Source: a virus
Direction: 5' to 3' (one strand)
DNA: 64,000 nucleotides
IMG/VR virus record: IMGVR_UViG_3300045004_000088
Location: 64,001 to 128,000 of that record
Shown: positions 55,434-64,000 of the stretch, one piece after another
Layout: every line of letters starts with the position of its first letter
Position numbering within the stretch: position 1 is the first letter of the stretch
The notes under the pieces: generated by a model
What the model was told of the DNA's origin: nothing
What the model saw: only the letters and a program-made list of their open reading frames with translations
Databases searched by the model: none
Program-made: the position numbers and the translations under genes

Positions 55434-56119
55434 TGTATCCCTTTGTTGACAAAAGCGAACAACCGAAGTGGTTCTTGGTGTTGGTAGCAGAATTCGGCCG
55501 ACACGTCCTCAAAGCCCTCGAACTCTTTCCTGAAATCATCGAACGTGCGTTCGTCCCGCTGATGGAATTCGCCGACTATGTACTTGGTCTTCGCCAAAGT
55601 TCGCTTGGCTTTCGCCAAAAACCATTCGCCACCTTCACAGTCGGTTTTCAAAAGGTGGATTCTCTCGTAGCCGCTCATCAAGTTGTCCAAATCAACGCGG
55701 GCCACAGCAACCTCGGAGCAATTCTCCAGAGGGCGAGGTTCTGCAACGAAACGGCGTCTGAAGCCCCAGTCGTCGTTGCGTGAGAACCAGAAGATCTTGT
55801 TGCACCCCAACGCTCCTTCGATCACCGTGATCGCGTTGCCGGCGTTGTTCAAAGCGATGTTGTGTCGCAGGATCTCGATGTTCTCTGGGAGCGGTTCGAT
55901 GGCGACACAGACCATGCCCAACTGTGCTGCGAGCAAAGAGGCGTGGCCCGCGTAAGCGCCAACGTCCAAGAAGACTTCGCCGGCTTTGGCGAGCCGGCGA
56001 ATGTTGTACTCGTCCGAATCGATGGCGTCACGGCCGATGATCGCGGTCGCGATGTTGGTGTCGGTGCTGTTGGGTCGAACGGCCGACAGCACACCTTTGA
56101 AATTGATGACTTCGTTCAA
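55430..56119 (-). CDS. FkbM-family methyltransferase
   Basis: VFLDVGAYAGHASL matches DVGAN.G..S. LLKTDCEGGEW matches the FkbM KIDVEGAE block. Confidence 0.6.
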   Translation of the reverse strand: MNEVINFKGVLSAVRPNSTDTNIATAIIGRDAIDSDEYNIRRLAKAGEVFLDVGAYAGHASLLAAQLGMVCVAIEPLPENIEILRHNIALNNAGNAITVIEGALGCNKIFWFSRNDDWGFRRRFVAEPRPLENCSEVAVARVDLDNLMSGYERIHLLKTDCEGGEWFLAKAKRTLAKTKYIVGEFHQRDERTFDDFRKEFEGFEDVSAEFCYQHQEPLRLFAFVNKGIQ

Positions 56120-57162
56120 CGCAACTCCTCAAGGAATCTTCTGACGCGAGCGGCTTCGTAGTCCCAGTTGAACAGCCCCTTAGCCGTTTCCCAACAGGCA
56201 TACGACATCTCGTTGGCGCGGTGGATGTTGTCGGTAATGATCCTGATCGTCTCGACCAGAGAAGCCAAATTCCAATCCGCCTCCAAGCATGTGCGGAACG
56301 GCATCAGGTACTGCCGGGCTGTCCGGTACTGGAAGAACCGACGTGGGATGATCGGAATGCGACCGAGGGCCACGCTCTGCAAGAGCGAGTGTCCGTAACC
56401 TTCGTAGGTCTTGAAGTAGTAGCCGCAAGAACTCGATTGGTAAGCGGCTGGCATGTCTTTTTCGGCCAACATGCCGTAAGTATTGTTGATGCCGTAGTCC
56501 TTGAAGGTACATTCGGGCATCGCCGTTTTCAAATCGTTCCACAGGCCGAACACACTGATGTTGTTCGTCGGCGCAACGTTGCCGCTCTCGCAGTGTGGGC
56601 AAACGTCCCCCCAACACCAGCAATCCTTGTCCCAGTGCCAACCGTTGAAGGAGGCGAGACAGTTCGTAAAGGTGGCGACCGTCTTCAGGTCTTCGGCTTT
56701 GATCGGGACGAATTCTTTCTGATGGTACTGGTAGCCGAGTTCCTGCGAATAGAAGATCTTGTGGGCCGAGGACCGCATGTAAGAACCGTAGTCCGACGAC
56801 ATGAAGTTCTTCACGAACGACCAGTCGTAGATGGACTTCTCGTTGCCGGCCTGGGCGATGATCTTGATGTTCTTCTTGGGGTGCGACTTGAGCAGGTTCT
56901 GGAACAGTGGCAGGCTCTCGCACCGCGTGATCAGAACCGCGTCCCAGTCCGTAGCCAAGAACTGATCCCGGTTGATGGCGTAAGGGAAGTGCTGGATGTA
57001 CTGGTCGGGTACGCCCTGGAGGTTTTTGTAGTGGTCGGTTGTTACCGGGAGCCACACCCCGATCATGCCCTGAGCCGTCACCCAGTTGACGAAATCGGGA
57101 TTCGGGAAATACAGTTCGTGTCCGAGTCGCTCGTGGAACAGCAGGAACAGACTGCGTCCCAA
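56116..57162 (-). CDS. putative GT-B-fold glycosyltransferase
   Basis: C-terminal TYEGYGHSLLQSVALGRIPIIP resembles the GT-B E(G)FG..LLEAMA.G.PVI motif. The product is Trp/Cys-rich and otherwise unrecognised. Confidence 0.35.
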   Translation of the reverse strand: MGRSLFLLFHERLGHELYFPNPDFVNWVTAQGMIGVWLPVTTDHYKNLQGVPDQYIQHFPYAINRDQFLATDWDAVLITRCESLPLFQNLLKSHPKKNIKIIAQAGNEKSIYDWSFVKNFMSSDYGSYMRSSAHKIFYSQELGYQYHQKEFVPIKAEDLKTVATFTNCLASFNGWHWDKDCWCWGDVCPHCESGNVAPTNNISVFGLWNDLKTAMPECTFKDYGINNTYGMLAEKDMPAAYQSSSCGYYFKTYEGYGHSLLQSVALGRIPIIPRRFFQYRTARQYLMPFRTCLEADWNLASLVETIRIITDNIHRANEMSYACWETAKGLFNWDYEAARVRRFLEELR

Positions 57163-57197
57163 CCCGCCATGATGATGATCTGAAAATATCTTAATGA

Positions 57198-58010
57198 CTA
57201 CTCCTTGAAACCACCGTGTGGTTTTGCCAATGCCGCTTCCAAAGACATGCCCGAATTAAGTCTCTTTGAAAGAGTGTGATAGTTTATGTTGTATTCTTTG
57301 GCGATCCTCTTCCTGTCGATCTTTTGCAAAGCGGCAATCAAATCGCCGTCAAACTCTTTCTGAAGTTGCTTGTATGAAACTCCTAGCTTCCTAGCCAAAG
57401 ACTTCAAAGTGAATGGAACACCTTCCCACTTTACGATTACATATTTCGACTTGACATTAGCGGCTTCGGCTACAGACAAACCGTTTCTAAGTTTCTGCCT
57501 GAATGTGGTCTAGTTGACGCCGAAATGGTCTGCCCAATCCTTCGCAGACTTCGACTGACCCTCGTGTTCAAACAACTTAGCTGGATTATGCGGAATGGCT
57601 CCCTGTTTCAATCGAGCCGTCCTCAGTTTTTGTCGCGTTGCCACCGAGTGTGTGAGTCGTCCATCGGCCGGGACCATGACGTTGTATCCTTTGTCGGGGT
57701 CACAGCTTTTCGCCACGTCGATGTGGAAAGTTTCTCTTGCAATTAGATTGTCGGCGGGACAGTTTTCCAACACGCTCATCACGAACACATCGCTGCCGTA
57801 CTTGTTCCAAGCATTTTGGAGGTGCGGGTTATGGTGAGTGCCAAGACGCAAATGACGACGGTGACGATACCATCGAGTCTTGATGTTGACTGCACTGCCG
57901 ACGTAAACTTTGCCGTTAACGCCATTCTCGATTTTGTAAACACCGGACTTGAGGTGGTCGCTGAAGATCTTCAAGCTCACCTCATTATTCTGTTGATGAA
58001 TTCGACCCAC
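57198..58010 (-). pseudogene. GIY-YIG homing endonuclease interrupted by an in-frame TAG
   Basis: The N-terminal ORF (58010..57510) has SGVYKIENGVNGKVYVGSAVNIKTRWYRHRRH, a GIY-YIG core. A TAG at 57510..57512 is followed in the same frame by 10 open codons and a 93-aa ORF with repeated NUMOD1-like helix motifs. The readthrough gives GVN*TTFRQKLRNGLSVAEAA, which mirrors the later GINYHTLSKRLNSGMSLEAAL, so the stop sits where a Tyr is expected. Confidence 0.6.
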
Positions 58011-58897
58011 TCAGGACCGACTTTCTTCACGTCGAACCGTTCTCGGTTTTTCAACGAGTTCTGGTGGGCGATCTCACGAAGGTTCTTGTCAGCCAGTATC
58101 CGGCGGGCGTTGCTGATCATGGCGGGAACTTCGCGGTCCAGATAGAGTGCCATGTTCTCTTCTTCTAGACCGTGGCCGTTGTTGTAACAGACGGTCGGAC
58201 AGCCGGCACACCACGCCTCGATTTGCGACATGATCAGGGCTGCCGGAACGGTGCCGAAAGAGACGAAGCAGGCACTGTCACGGAACCGTTCTCGCATCTG
58301 CGGTTCGGGGATCTCGCCCATCCCGCCGACCTCGTCCGTTTCCTTGCCGGAAAGCATGACGGGTACTTCCTTCTTGAACTGCTTCATCAACTCCCAACCG
58401 CAGCCGTGGCCGCGTTTGTGGATGCTGTTGCAGGTGGCGTAGCAAACGGGGTACTTGCCGGTCCACGGCTCGAAGTCCTCGAAATACTTGCCGAAGTACA
58501 AGAGCTTTTGCTTGTGTTCGGGACAGCCGGCCTCACGATGACGACGGTGGTCCTTGACCGAGTACGGAGCGATGTATGCGTGCGGGTAATCACGCGCCAT
58601 CGCCGAAACAGCCTCGTACTGCCAAGTGTCGGCCTGTCCGAAACTTACGAGGACCACCCGTTTGCCCTTGTCGAGCAAATCTTTCATCACCGCCGCGTAG
58701 TTCGGCACTTGGTGAAGGACGATCAATTGGAAGTCATTGATGTTCGAGTTGGCATCGGTGACGCCGGGTATTTTTGGTCGCTGTTTCGATCCGATGTCCC
58801 AGTCGCCGCCGACCGAATAGCCGAGGTCTTTGAACATTCGGGCGTGGTCGTATTCCAGCGAAGCATGGCAAGATTGCACAAAAAGACGATGACTCAT
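57977..58897 (-). CDS. putative glycosyltransferase (GT-B-like C-terminus)
   Basis: ATG at 58897 after AGGAGG. C-terminal FGTVPAALIMSQIEAWCAGCPTVCYN weakly resembles the GT-B EAMA.G.PV motif. Confidence 0.3.
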   Translation of the reverse strand: MSHRLFVQSCHASLEYDHARMFKDLGYSVGGDWDIGSKQRPKIPGVTDANSNINDFQLIVLHQVPNYAAVMKDLLDKGKRVVLVSFGQADTWQYEAVSAMARDYPHAYIAPYSVKDHRRHREAGCPEHKQKLLYFGKYFEDFEPWTGKYPVCYATCNSIHKRGHGCGWELMKQFKKEVPVMLSGKETDEVGGMGEIPEPQMRERFRDSACFVSFGTVPAALIMSQIEAWCAGCPTVCYNNGHGLEEENMALYLDREVPAMISNARRILADKNLREIAHQNSLKNRERFDVKKVGPEWVEFINRIMR

Positions 58898-58949
58898 GGC
58901 ACCTCCTACTCCTAGTATAGTTAGGCTCGCTATTACAAAACGGAGACAC

Positions 58950-60152
58950 ATGGCCAAAATTGATCTATCCAAAGAATTCTGCTACCTGCCCAACTTCGTT
59001 CGCGAAGACATCCTGATGGCCCAAACTGTCGGCCAGCAGTTCGGGTGGCAGATCCAGAACTTCGACCTCCCTTCAGCTTGGAAGGACACATGCGGCACTG
59101 GCGTCAACGTCGCCGTCCTCGACACCGGGGTCGATTTGACGCACCCGGACCTAATCGAGAACCTGATCGAAGGTTACAACGTCATCAACCCCAAGCTGCC
59201 GCCGACCGATGATAACGGTCACGGTACGCACGTCGCCGGCATCATCGCGGCGTCGAACAACGCAATCGGCGTCGTGGGCGTTTCGCCGTGCGCAAAGATC
59301 ATCCCCATCAAGGTTCTGAACCGGATGGGTGCGGGCAGGATGGATCACGTCATCGAAGGCATCAAAGTCGCTGTTGACAAGGGTGCCGATCTGATCTGCA
59401 TGTCTCTCGGCACCCGCAACCCTCTGGACGAGGTATTGAAGGCGATCAAGAAAGCGGCCGACAGCGGGGTCGTGTGTTTCGTGGCCGCAGGCAACGCCGG
59501 CCGCACGGCACAGCTACTGTATCCCGCCGCGTATGACATGACCATTAGCATCGGTGCCGTGGACGAGAACTCGATGCGAGCGTCGTTCAGTTGCACCGGC
59601 CCCAATCTCGACTTCGTCGCGCCGGGCGTGGACATCTACAGCACCGTGCCTGTTTCGAGCTACGCGGTGATGTCGGGTACTTCTCAGGCCGCTCCGTTTG
59701 CGTGTGGTGTCGGCGCGTTGCTGTTGTCGCACCACCGAATGACCAAGCCGGGGGCCAAGTTCAAGAAAGAAGACTACGTCAAGGCACTGAGCAACAACGC
59801 ACTGACCGTCGAAAACCTCGACGTGAAGTACGCGGAACTGGGTAAGAGATTCTTTCAAGGCTTCGGGATCATCAACCCGGTCAACTTCTTGGACTGGGTC
59901 GAGAACAAGAAAGTCGATTCGGTGGCGCAGACCATCGCCGGTGCTTTGAGCGACGTGGGCATGCTCGATACCACGAAAGCCGACGTGTCGGCTTTGCGTA
60001 AGTTGTCTACGGATTTGAACAAGGCTCTGAAGCAGTTCCCGAAGGTGAATCAGAAGGCGGCGTCGAAGAAGGCGGCGGTTCAGAAAGAGATGATTTCATC
60101 TGCTTTACTACGTCGCGTATCAAAGCAGCCCGCTCATAATCCTCAGCCTTGA
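58950..60152 (+). CDS. subtilisin-like serine protease (S8 family)
   Basis: GTGVNVAVLDTGVD carries the catalytic Asp. HGTHVAGIIAA carries His. MSGTSQAAPFACG carries Ser in the GTSMAxP block. ATG at 58950 after GGAGAC. Confidence 0.75.
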   Translation: MAKIDLSKEFCYLPNFVREDILMAQTVGQQFGWQIQNFDLPSAWKDTCGTGVNVAVLDTGVDLTHPDLIENLIEGYNVINPKLPPTDDNGHGTHVAGIIAASNNAIGVVGVSPCAKIIPIKVLNRMGAGRMDHVIEGIKVAVDKGADLICMSLGTRNPLDEVLKAIKKAADSGVVCFVAAGNAGRTAQLLYPAAYDMTISIGAVDENSMRASFSCTGPNLDFVAPGVDIYSTVPVSSYAVMSGTSQAAPFACGVGALLLSHHRMTKPGAKFKKEDYVKALSNNALTVENLDVKYAELGKRFFQGFGIINPVNFLDWVENKKVDSVAQTIAGALSDVGMLDTTKADVSALRKLSTDLNKALKQFPKVNQKAASKKAAVQKEMISSALLRRVSKQPAHNPQP

Positions 60153-60672
60153 TGCAGTCTTTCATCCGACCTTCAAGGTACTTGATGCGTTCAGGCAGCG
60201 GCACGCCACCGTGCCGCTTGACCGTCGCGAGCGTGCGATCAACGGTAGACTCTTTGGGTTCGCCACGGTCCTTGCGTTTCTTCCACGCTTTCGGCACCTT
60301 GCCGTTGTGAATCATGTCGCCGTGGTGGTTCATCAACATCGTCTCGATGTCGTCGCGGAAGGCATCGTAGCAGGCCGGGCAGCCGAACTGATTGGCCTTT
60401 TCGATTTCGAGCGGGTTGATGCCACAGACGGGGCATTTGTGCGAGGCGGCTACGGCTTTGGCCGCTGCCGCCTTTTGCATCATTTCTTGAAACTGATTCA
60501 AGGAGTTATTCAGCACGGGAAGCGATTTGGCCGAGGTGGAGGGAGCGGCCCCCTGACCGAGAGCGCACTGGGGACAACACTGAATCGTCTTGGTGCCTTG
60601 CGGAGTGATCTCCGCAAGGGTGAGATTCTTGGGATTGGAACAGGGTTGGCCGGTGCGGGGGCAAACGCTCAT
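60007..60672 (-). CDS. zinc-ribbon protein with C-terminal UVR domain (McsA-like architecture)
   Basis: It has several CxxC pairs (CPRTGQPC, CCPQC, CPVCG...CPAC). C-terminal ERIKYLEGRMKDCIKAEDYERAALIRDVVKQMK matches the UvrB/UvrC UVR motif. Confidence 0.45.
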   Translation of the reverse strand: MSVCPRTGQPCSNPKNLTLAEITPQGTKTIQCCPQCALGQGAAPSTSAKSLPVLNNSLNQFQEMMQKAAAAKAVAASHKCPVCGINPLEIEKANQFGCPACYDAFRDDIETMLMNHHGDMIHNGKVPKAWKKRKDRGEPKESTVDRTLATVKRHGGVPLPERIKYLEGRMKDCIKAEDYERAALIRDVVKQMKSSLSEPPPSSTPPSDSPSGTASEPCSNP

Positions 60673-60674
60673 GA

Positions 60675-61322
60675 TTACTTCTTCTTGCGTTCGATCAGTT
60701 TGTTTTCGTCGTTGTAATCCCTGATCTTCTTCAACAGTTCCGCGATCTCGTCCTTCGTCAACTTTTCCGCGTTGTCCTTCGTGAACTTCTCGGCGTAGTT
60801 TTCGAGGATCTTGGCGGTTTCCTTGCGAAGATCAGTGAGTTTTTCGACGTAGCCCTTCAACTCGTCCAGAGTCGGCGCGTTCTCGTGGGTGGGCGGCTTC
60901 AGGGCATACTTCTTCAACTCATCTTGCCAGAAACCGTTGAGTCTTGTCAACTCGAATGTGAGCCGTTGCAGGTTGGAAAGGTAGAAAGACTGACGGTCGA
61001 ATTCGGGCAAGTCTTTTACCTTCAGTTCCTTTTTATCGCTGACCCGCGTCAGGGTGACGTTTTTCCAGTATTCGGGGTCGTTGAACTTTTTGCTCCACTC
61101 GGTGTAACGCTTCAGTGCGTGTTCGTAATCTGACTTGACCGGCAGATCTTCTTCCAGCTTGGGAACGGCCTGCACTTTCTTGTTTTCCACTTTCGTCGGG
61201 GGCGGCACCTGACCCGCGAAGGACGTGCCGATCAAAGTCGCAAATACCAACATCGATGCAAAGAGTTTCATTTGAATTTCCTCGTTGTGGAACCGGACAG
61301 GGTCATTATAGTCCGTTTTCAC
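60675..61322 (-). CDS. secreted protein with signal peptide
   Basis: MKLFASMLVFATLIGTSFAGQ followed by a K/E-rich helical body. Confidence 0.4.
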   Translation of the reverse strand: MKTDYNDPVRFHNEEIQMKLFASMLVFATLIGTSFAGQVPPPTKVENKKVQAVPKLEEDLPVKSDYEHALKRYTEWSKKFNDPEYWKNVTLTRVSDKKELKVKDLPEFDRQSFYLSNLQRLTFELTRLNGFWQDELKKYALKPPTHENAPTLDELKGYVEKLTDLRKETAKILENYAEKFTKDNAEKLTKDEIAELLKKIRDYNDENKLIERKKK

Positions 61323-62140
61323 GGAAACGCTGTACCGCTGACCAGAACCGCGCCCCCGTCAGAGGCAAGAGCCGAAGAACCGGCCGCAGTCGTCCTTCTT
61401 ACCCAAACGGGATACCCCTCTGTCGGTCCTAAATGCCCAATGGAAAGCGGATTTTCCATTGATGGCGTGTAGAAGCTGACGCCGGTTGGGGTTGTGGTCG
61501 GTGCGTCGATGAGCGGCGCGATCCCGTTAATCGGACTGCCGGGTACGATTTTGGATGTTGTCACGGTTGACGCGGGAGTCAAACCGTTTGAAGTCACCGT
61601 CAGCGTCGGATGAAACCGTTTGCCAGAAGTTCCGGCGAAAATGACGGTAAACACCACGGTCGTGGACGGGCCGATGCCCGTCTGGGCCGTAACCGTAACG
61701 TCTTCGAGGCCATCGACGGTACGAATGGCCGTTTGGAAATTCGCTGCCCAAACGCCGAGGTCGGAGTTGTAAGAAAACGTAAAGTCTTCGTCGCCGTGGC
61801 CCAACGTCAAGCTGCCGGTTGTCGGGTCACCGACCACGGTAACGGTTTGTATTTCGTCAACGAACGCGAAGCCCAGTGCCATGTCGGACCCGCCGGCAAC
61901 TTCGTCGGTTATGGCGACCGTCGAGTTCCACAGCGTTTCGGTGTTGCTGTTGTTGAAGACGTAGAAGCACATGTAATCAACGAGTCCGTCTTCCTGCTCG
62001 TCGGCCGTGACGTTCTCGAACAGATTGTTTATCCCGTTCGGAACGGGATAAGAGGACGGATCGCCGCCGAGTGAGGCGAATTGGTTTTGGTTTGACGCTC
62101 CCCCGGAGAGGACGTGTACGATGTCGCCGTCTTGAATCAT
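61319..62140 (-). CDS. hypothetical T/S/G-rich protein, possibly structural (Ig-like)
   Basis: 273 aa with β-rich, low-charge composition. Confidence 0.35.
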   Translation of the reverse strand: MIQDGDIVHVLSGGASNQNQFASLGGDPSSYPVPNGINNLFENVTADEQEDGLVDYMCFYVFNNSNTETLWNSTVAITDEVAGGSDMALGFAFVDEIQTVTVVGDPTTGSLTLGHGDEDFTFSYNSDLGVWAANFQTAIRTVDGLEDVTVTAQTGIGPSTTVVFTVIFAGTSGKRFHPTLTVTSNGLTPASTVTTSKIVPGSPINGIAPLIDAPTTTPTGVSFYTPSMENPLSIGHLGPTEGYPVWVRRTTAAGSSALASDGGAVLVSGTAFP

Positions 62141-62195
62141 AAAACCTCCCGACTATCTAGGACGCTACAATAACAGTTATAGTACGGGAGGAACG

Positions 62196-63110
62196 ATGGG
62201 AACTACCTTCGGGTGCGACAGCGAGTTCATTTTGACCCTCCACGGCAAGTACAAAAGTGCCGTTCCGGTTTTGCGAGGTACGAGGGACAAACGTCAGCGG
62301 ATCGACGGCGTAGAAATCTTTCACGACAACGTTCTGGCCGAAGTCGCAATCGAGTACAGCAACACTTGGCACCAAGTACGCGGCAGTTTCCATCACGCCT
62401 TGAAGACGCTCGCACGGGCGGTCGATCCCTGTAAGTTGAACTTGTTCGCATCGGCCGACTACCCGCGTTCCGAGCTTACTGACCCGGAAGCAAAAGAGGC
62501 CGGCTGTTCGGAAGAGAAAGACGCCTACACCAGAAGCACGTTGCCGTCTCAGGAAGACAAGATCAAGACGGGAGCATTCCGAACCGCCGGCGCACACATC
62601 CATCTCGGTGGGGACGGCGTTCTACAGAACAGCATCCGATTGAAACTCGTGGTTTACGCGATGGACCTGTTCGTGGCGGTGCCGTCTTTGTTCCTAGACG
62701 ACAACATTTTCGCCCGCGAGCGGCGGGCGATGTACGGTCGGGCGGGCAGCTACCGGGAGAAACCATACGGGCTGGAGTACCGCGTCCTGGGTCCGTTCTG
62801 GTTGAGATCCCCTTCTACGGCCGAACTGTTTTACAACTTGTCGATGTTCGCGTTGGACTTTGTCGAGTCGGGCAAGTTCGACAGGTTCTGGAGCATTGAC
62901 GAGAAGAAGCTGTTCGACGGCAAGAAAGACGCCTACCAGTGTCACGGTTACAACAAGGATCTGTTGATCGACACGATCAACACCTACGACATGGTAGAAG
63001 CGGAGAAGTTCTTGGAGTTCATCTCGCACTTCTTGCCGGCGCAACTGGTAAGAGATTTCGAGCGTGAACGCGAGAGCGAGCCGGACCTCTACACGTCGTG
63101 GGACATTTGA
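62196..63110 (+). CDS. hypothetical protein
   Basis: 304 aa. GGGAGG precedes the ATG. No motif securely recognised. Confidence 0.4.
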   Translation: MGTTFGCDSEFILTLHGKYKSAVPVLRGTRDKRQRIDGVEIFHDNVLAEVAIEYSNTWHQVRGSFHHALKTLARAVDPCKLNLFASADYPRSELTDPEAKEAGCSEEKDAYTRSTLPSQEDKIKTGAFRTAGAHIHLGGDGVLQNSIRLKLVVYAMDLFVAVPSLFLDDNIFARERRAMYGRAGSYREKPYGLEYRVLGPFWLRSPSTAELFYNLSMFALDFVESGKFDRFWSIDEKKLFDGKKDAYQCHGYNKDLLIDTINTYDMVEAEKFLEFISHFLPAQLVRDFERERESEPDLYTSWDI

Positions 63111-63790
63111 TCTCTGACCTTGCGGCAGATCGGCCGGACATCAACCTTGCGACACTTCTGGCACTGCCATTTTTGATCGAGGGACGCGAAGGCTCGTACT
63201 TCAAGTACGAGCCTCGTTTTGTGAATGTACGAACGGCGACCGCACTCGTTGCACAAGCTCGCCGTGTGGTTGGCCTTCTTGCCGTTTTGTTGGGGCTTGG
63301 CCGTCTTGATGTCGCGGTAGTGCGAGTAGAGCAGGTTGACGAGGGCGGTTGGCATCGGCGGGGCGGGGAACGTCGATTTCTTGAGCCACTCGTAGACCTT
63401 GCCGCTCTTGTGGACGCTCGGCGGAACGACCGACTGGTGACGCCGACCCCGAAACTCGATGCCGTCGAACTTGCAGATGGTAATGTTCGGATTCGGCGAG
63501 AGGAACAGATGGTGGCAGGACTTGTTGCTCTTGAACATCGGGTGCGGGCAGTGCCGCGTAAGATCGAAGATCATCTCGTTGGCTTCTTCGGTGTCCCCCT
63601 CAACGTCCATGACGGTGCCGAGCAAAAATCCCATGTTGGCGTCGGGCATCTGATCAAAGGCGGCGCGATACTTGTCGGCAGACCAATCAACTTGCCAGTC
63701 TTTGAAGACGGGAATCTTGCTTCCGGGGTACAAGGCGATGGGGTTGAAACCACAGGTCAGGTACGCTTCAAAGTAATTCGCGATGTCCAT
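63089..63790 (-). CDS. Prim-Pol (bifunctional primase/polymerase N-terminal domain) protein with zinc fingers
   Basis: YPGSKIPVFKDW and GFLLGTVMDVEGD match the Prim-Pol P.SK.P..GW and vDvD motifs. The C-terminus has CNECG...CQKCRKVD. Confidence 0.5.
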   Translation of the reverse strand: MDIANYFEAYLTCGFNPIALYPGSKIPVFKDWQVDWSADKYRAAFDQMPDANMGFLLGTVMDVEGDTEEANEMIFDLTRHCPHPMFKSNKSCHHLFLSPNPNITICKFDGIEFRGRRHQSVVPPSVHKSGKVYEWLKKSTFPAPPMPTALVNLLYSHYRDIKTAKPQQNGKKANHTASLCNECGRRSYIHKTRLVLEVRAFASLDQKWQCQKCRKVDVRPICRKVRDQMSHDV

Positions 63791-64000
63791 GCTCAGTCGT
63801 CCTGAACGGAGAAAATGCGGAAACGCGGCGTGCGTCTCTCGTCCCGACCACCACCGGCTAGGGCTTCTGAAATTTGGTCGGGCGTAAGAGACGCGACCTT
63901 CACTCCATTATCCCTGGCCCATGTAATAATACGAAGAATGTCTTTGGCCCGTGAGCGGGCCACCCACGGATTGTTATCGAGGAGGTACGGCGTGAACGTT
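63787..64000 (-). CDS. partial ORF running off the window end
   Basis: Open frame from the window end down to a stop at 63787, co-directional with the Prim-Pol gene. Confidence 0.2.

Noticed and set aside
56180-57183. 291-aa (-) and 320-aa (+) ORFs overlapping 56116..57162
   Set aside because: Both are Arg/Pro/Gly/His-rich and lack motifs. The third frame, 56116..57162 (-), has balanced composition and a GT-B-like motif, and fits the minus-strand operon.
57480-57512. Genome-wide TAG recoding as the explanation for the GIY-YIG in-frame stop
   Set aside because: Other conserved genes in the window (terminase, portal, MCP, gp21, aminotransferase, proteases) are uninterrupted in standard code. 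A point nonsense mutation at a Tyr codon is more parsimonious. This cannot be fully excluded without the whole genome.
1-64000. Search for tRNA genes and CRISPR arrays
   Set aside because: No GTTCRANYC T-loop-like cloverleaf candidates and no evenly spaced direct repeats were seen by eye. The only tandem repeats found are the in-gene trinucleotide and 27-nt repeats. Absence is not proven without tRNAscan or CRISPR tools.

Overview
This window is a densely coded, visibly GC-rich segment of a T4-like tailed-phage genome. A co-linear head-morphogenesis module on the + strand is recognisable by direct similarity to T4 proteins. It comprises the large terminase (18330..20255), a gp20-type portal interrupted by an intein (22184..24742; intein 22493..23185), the gp21 prohead protease (30008..30685), a gp22-like coiled-coil scaffold (30685..31602) and the gp23 major capsid protein (31636..33108, followed by a strong terminator). 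Replication and recombination genes include a CHC2/toprim primase, a second Prim-Pol-type primase, a Cas4-like PD-(D/E)XK nuclease and a Dam-type MTase. The rest is accessory.

Selfish elements are abundant: three paralogous free-standing LAGLIDADG genes, an HNH endonuclease, and a GIY-YIG endonuclease whose ORF carries an in-frame TAG.

The accessory load is unusual for a phage. There is a dispersed glycan-modification toolkit: two GT9 heptosyltransferase-like genes, GT4, GT2, further GT-A/GT-B candidates, a polysaccharide pyruvyl transferase, and FkbM plus class-I SAM methyltransferases, part of it as a minus-strand operon at 54756..58897. There are at least five proteases besides gp21: papain C1, secreted trypsin-like S1, subtilisin S8 and a thermolysin-like metallopeptidase. 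Other accessory genes are an actin-like ATPase cassette, a ferritin-like protein, a CYTH domain, a DnaJ J-domain protein, an SLOG/MoCo-carrier-like Rossmann protein, a LAT-like class-III aminotransferase next to a SWIM zinc-finger protein, a calcineurin-like phosphatase, and an extreme poly-Asp protein encoded by a (GAC/GAT)n repeat tract.

No tRNA, rRNA or CRISPR array was recognised. Several very long ORFs in the track are antisense shadows of real genes caused by GC-rich codon usage and are rejected. The ORF track uses TTG/GTG as M, so several starts were re-placed at ATGs with Shine-Dalgarno sequences. All functional calls rest on motif-level reading and need profile searches to confirm.
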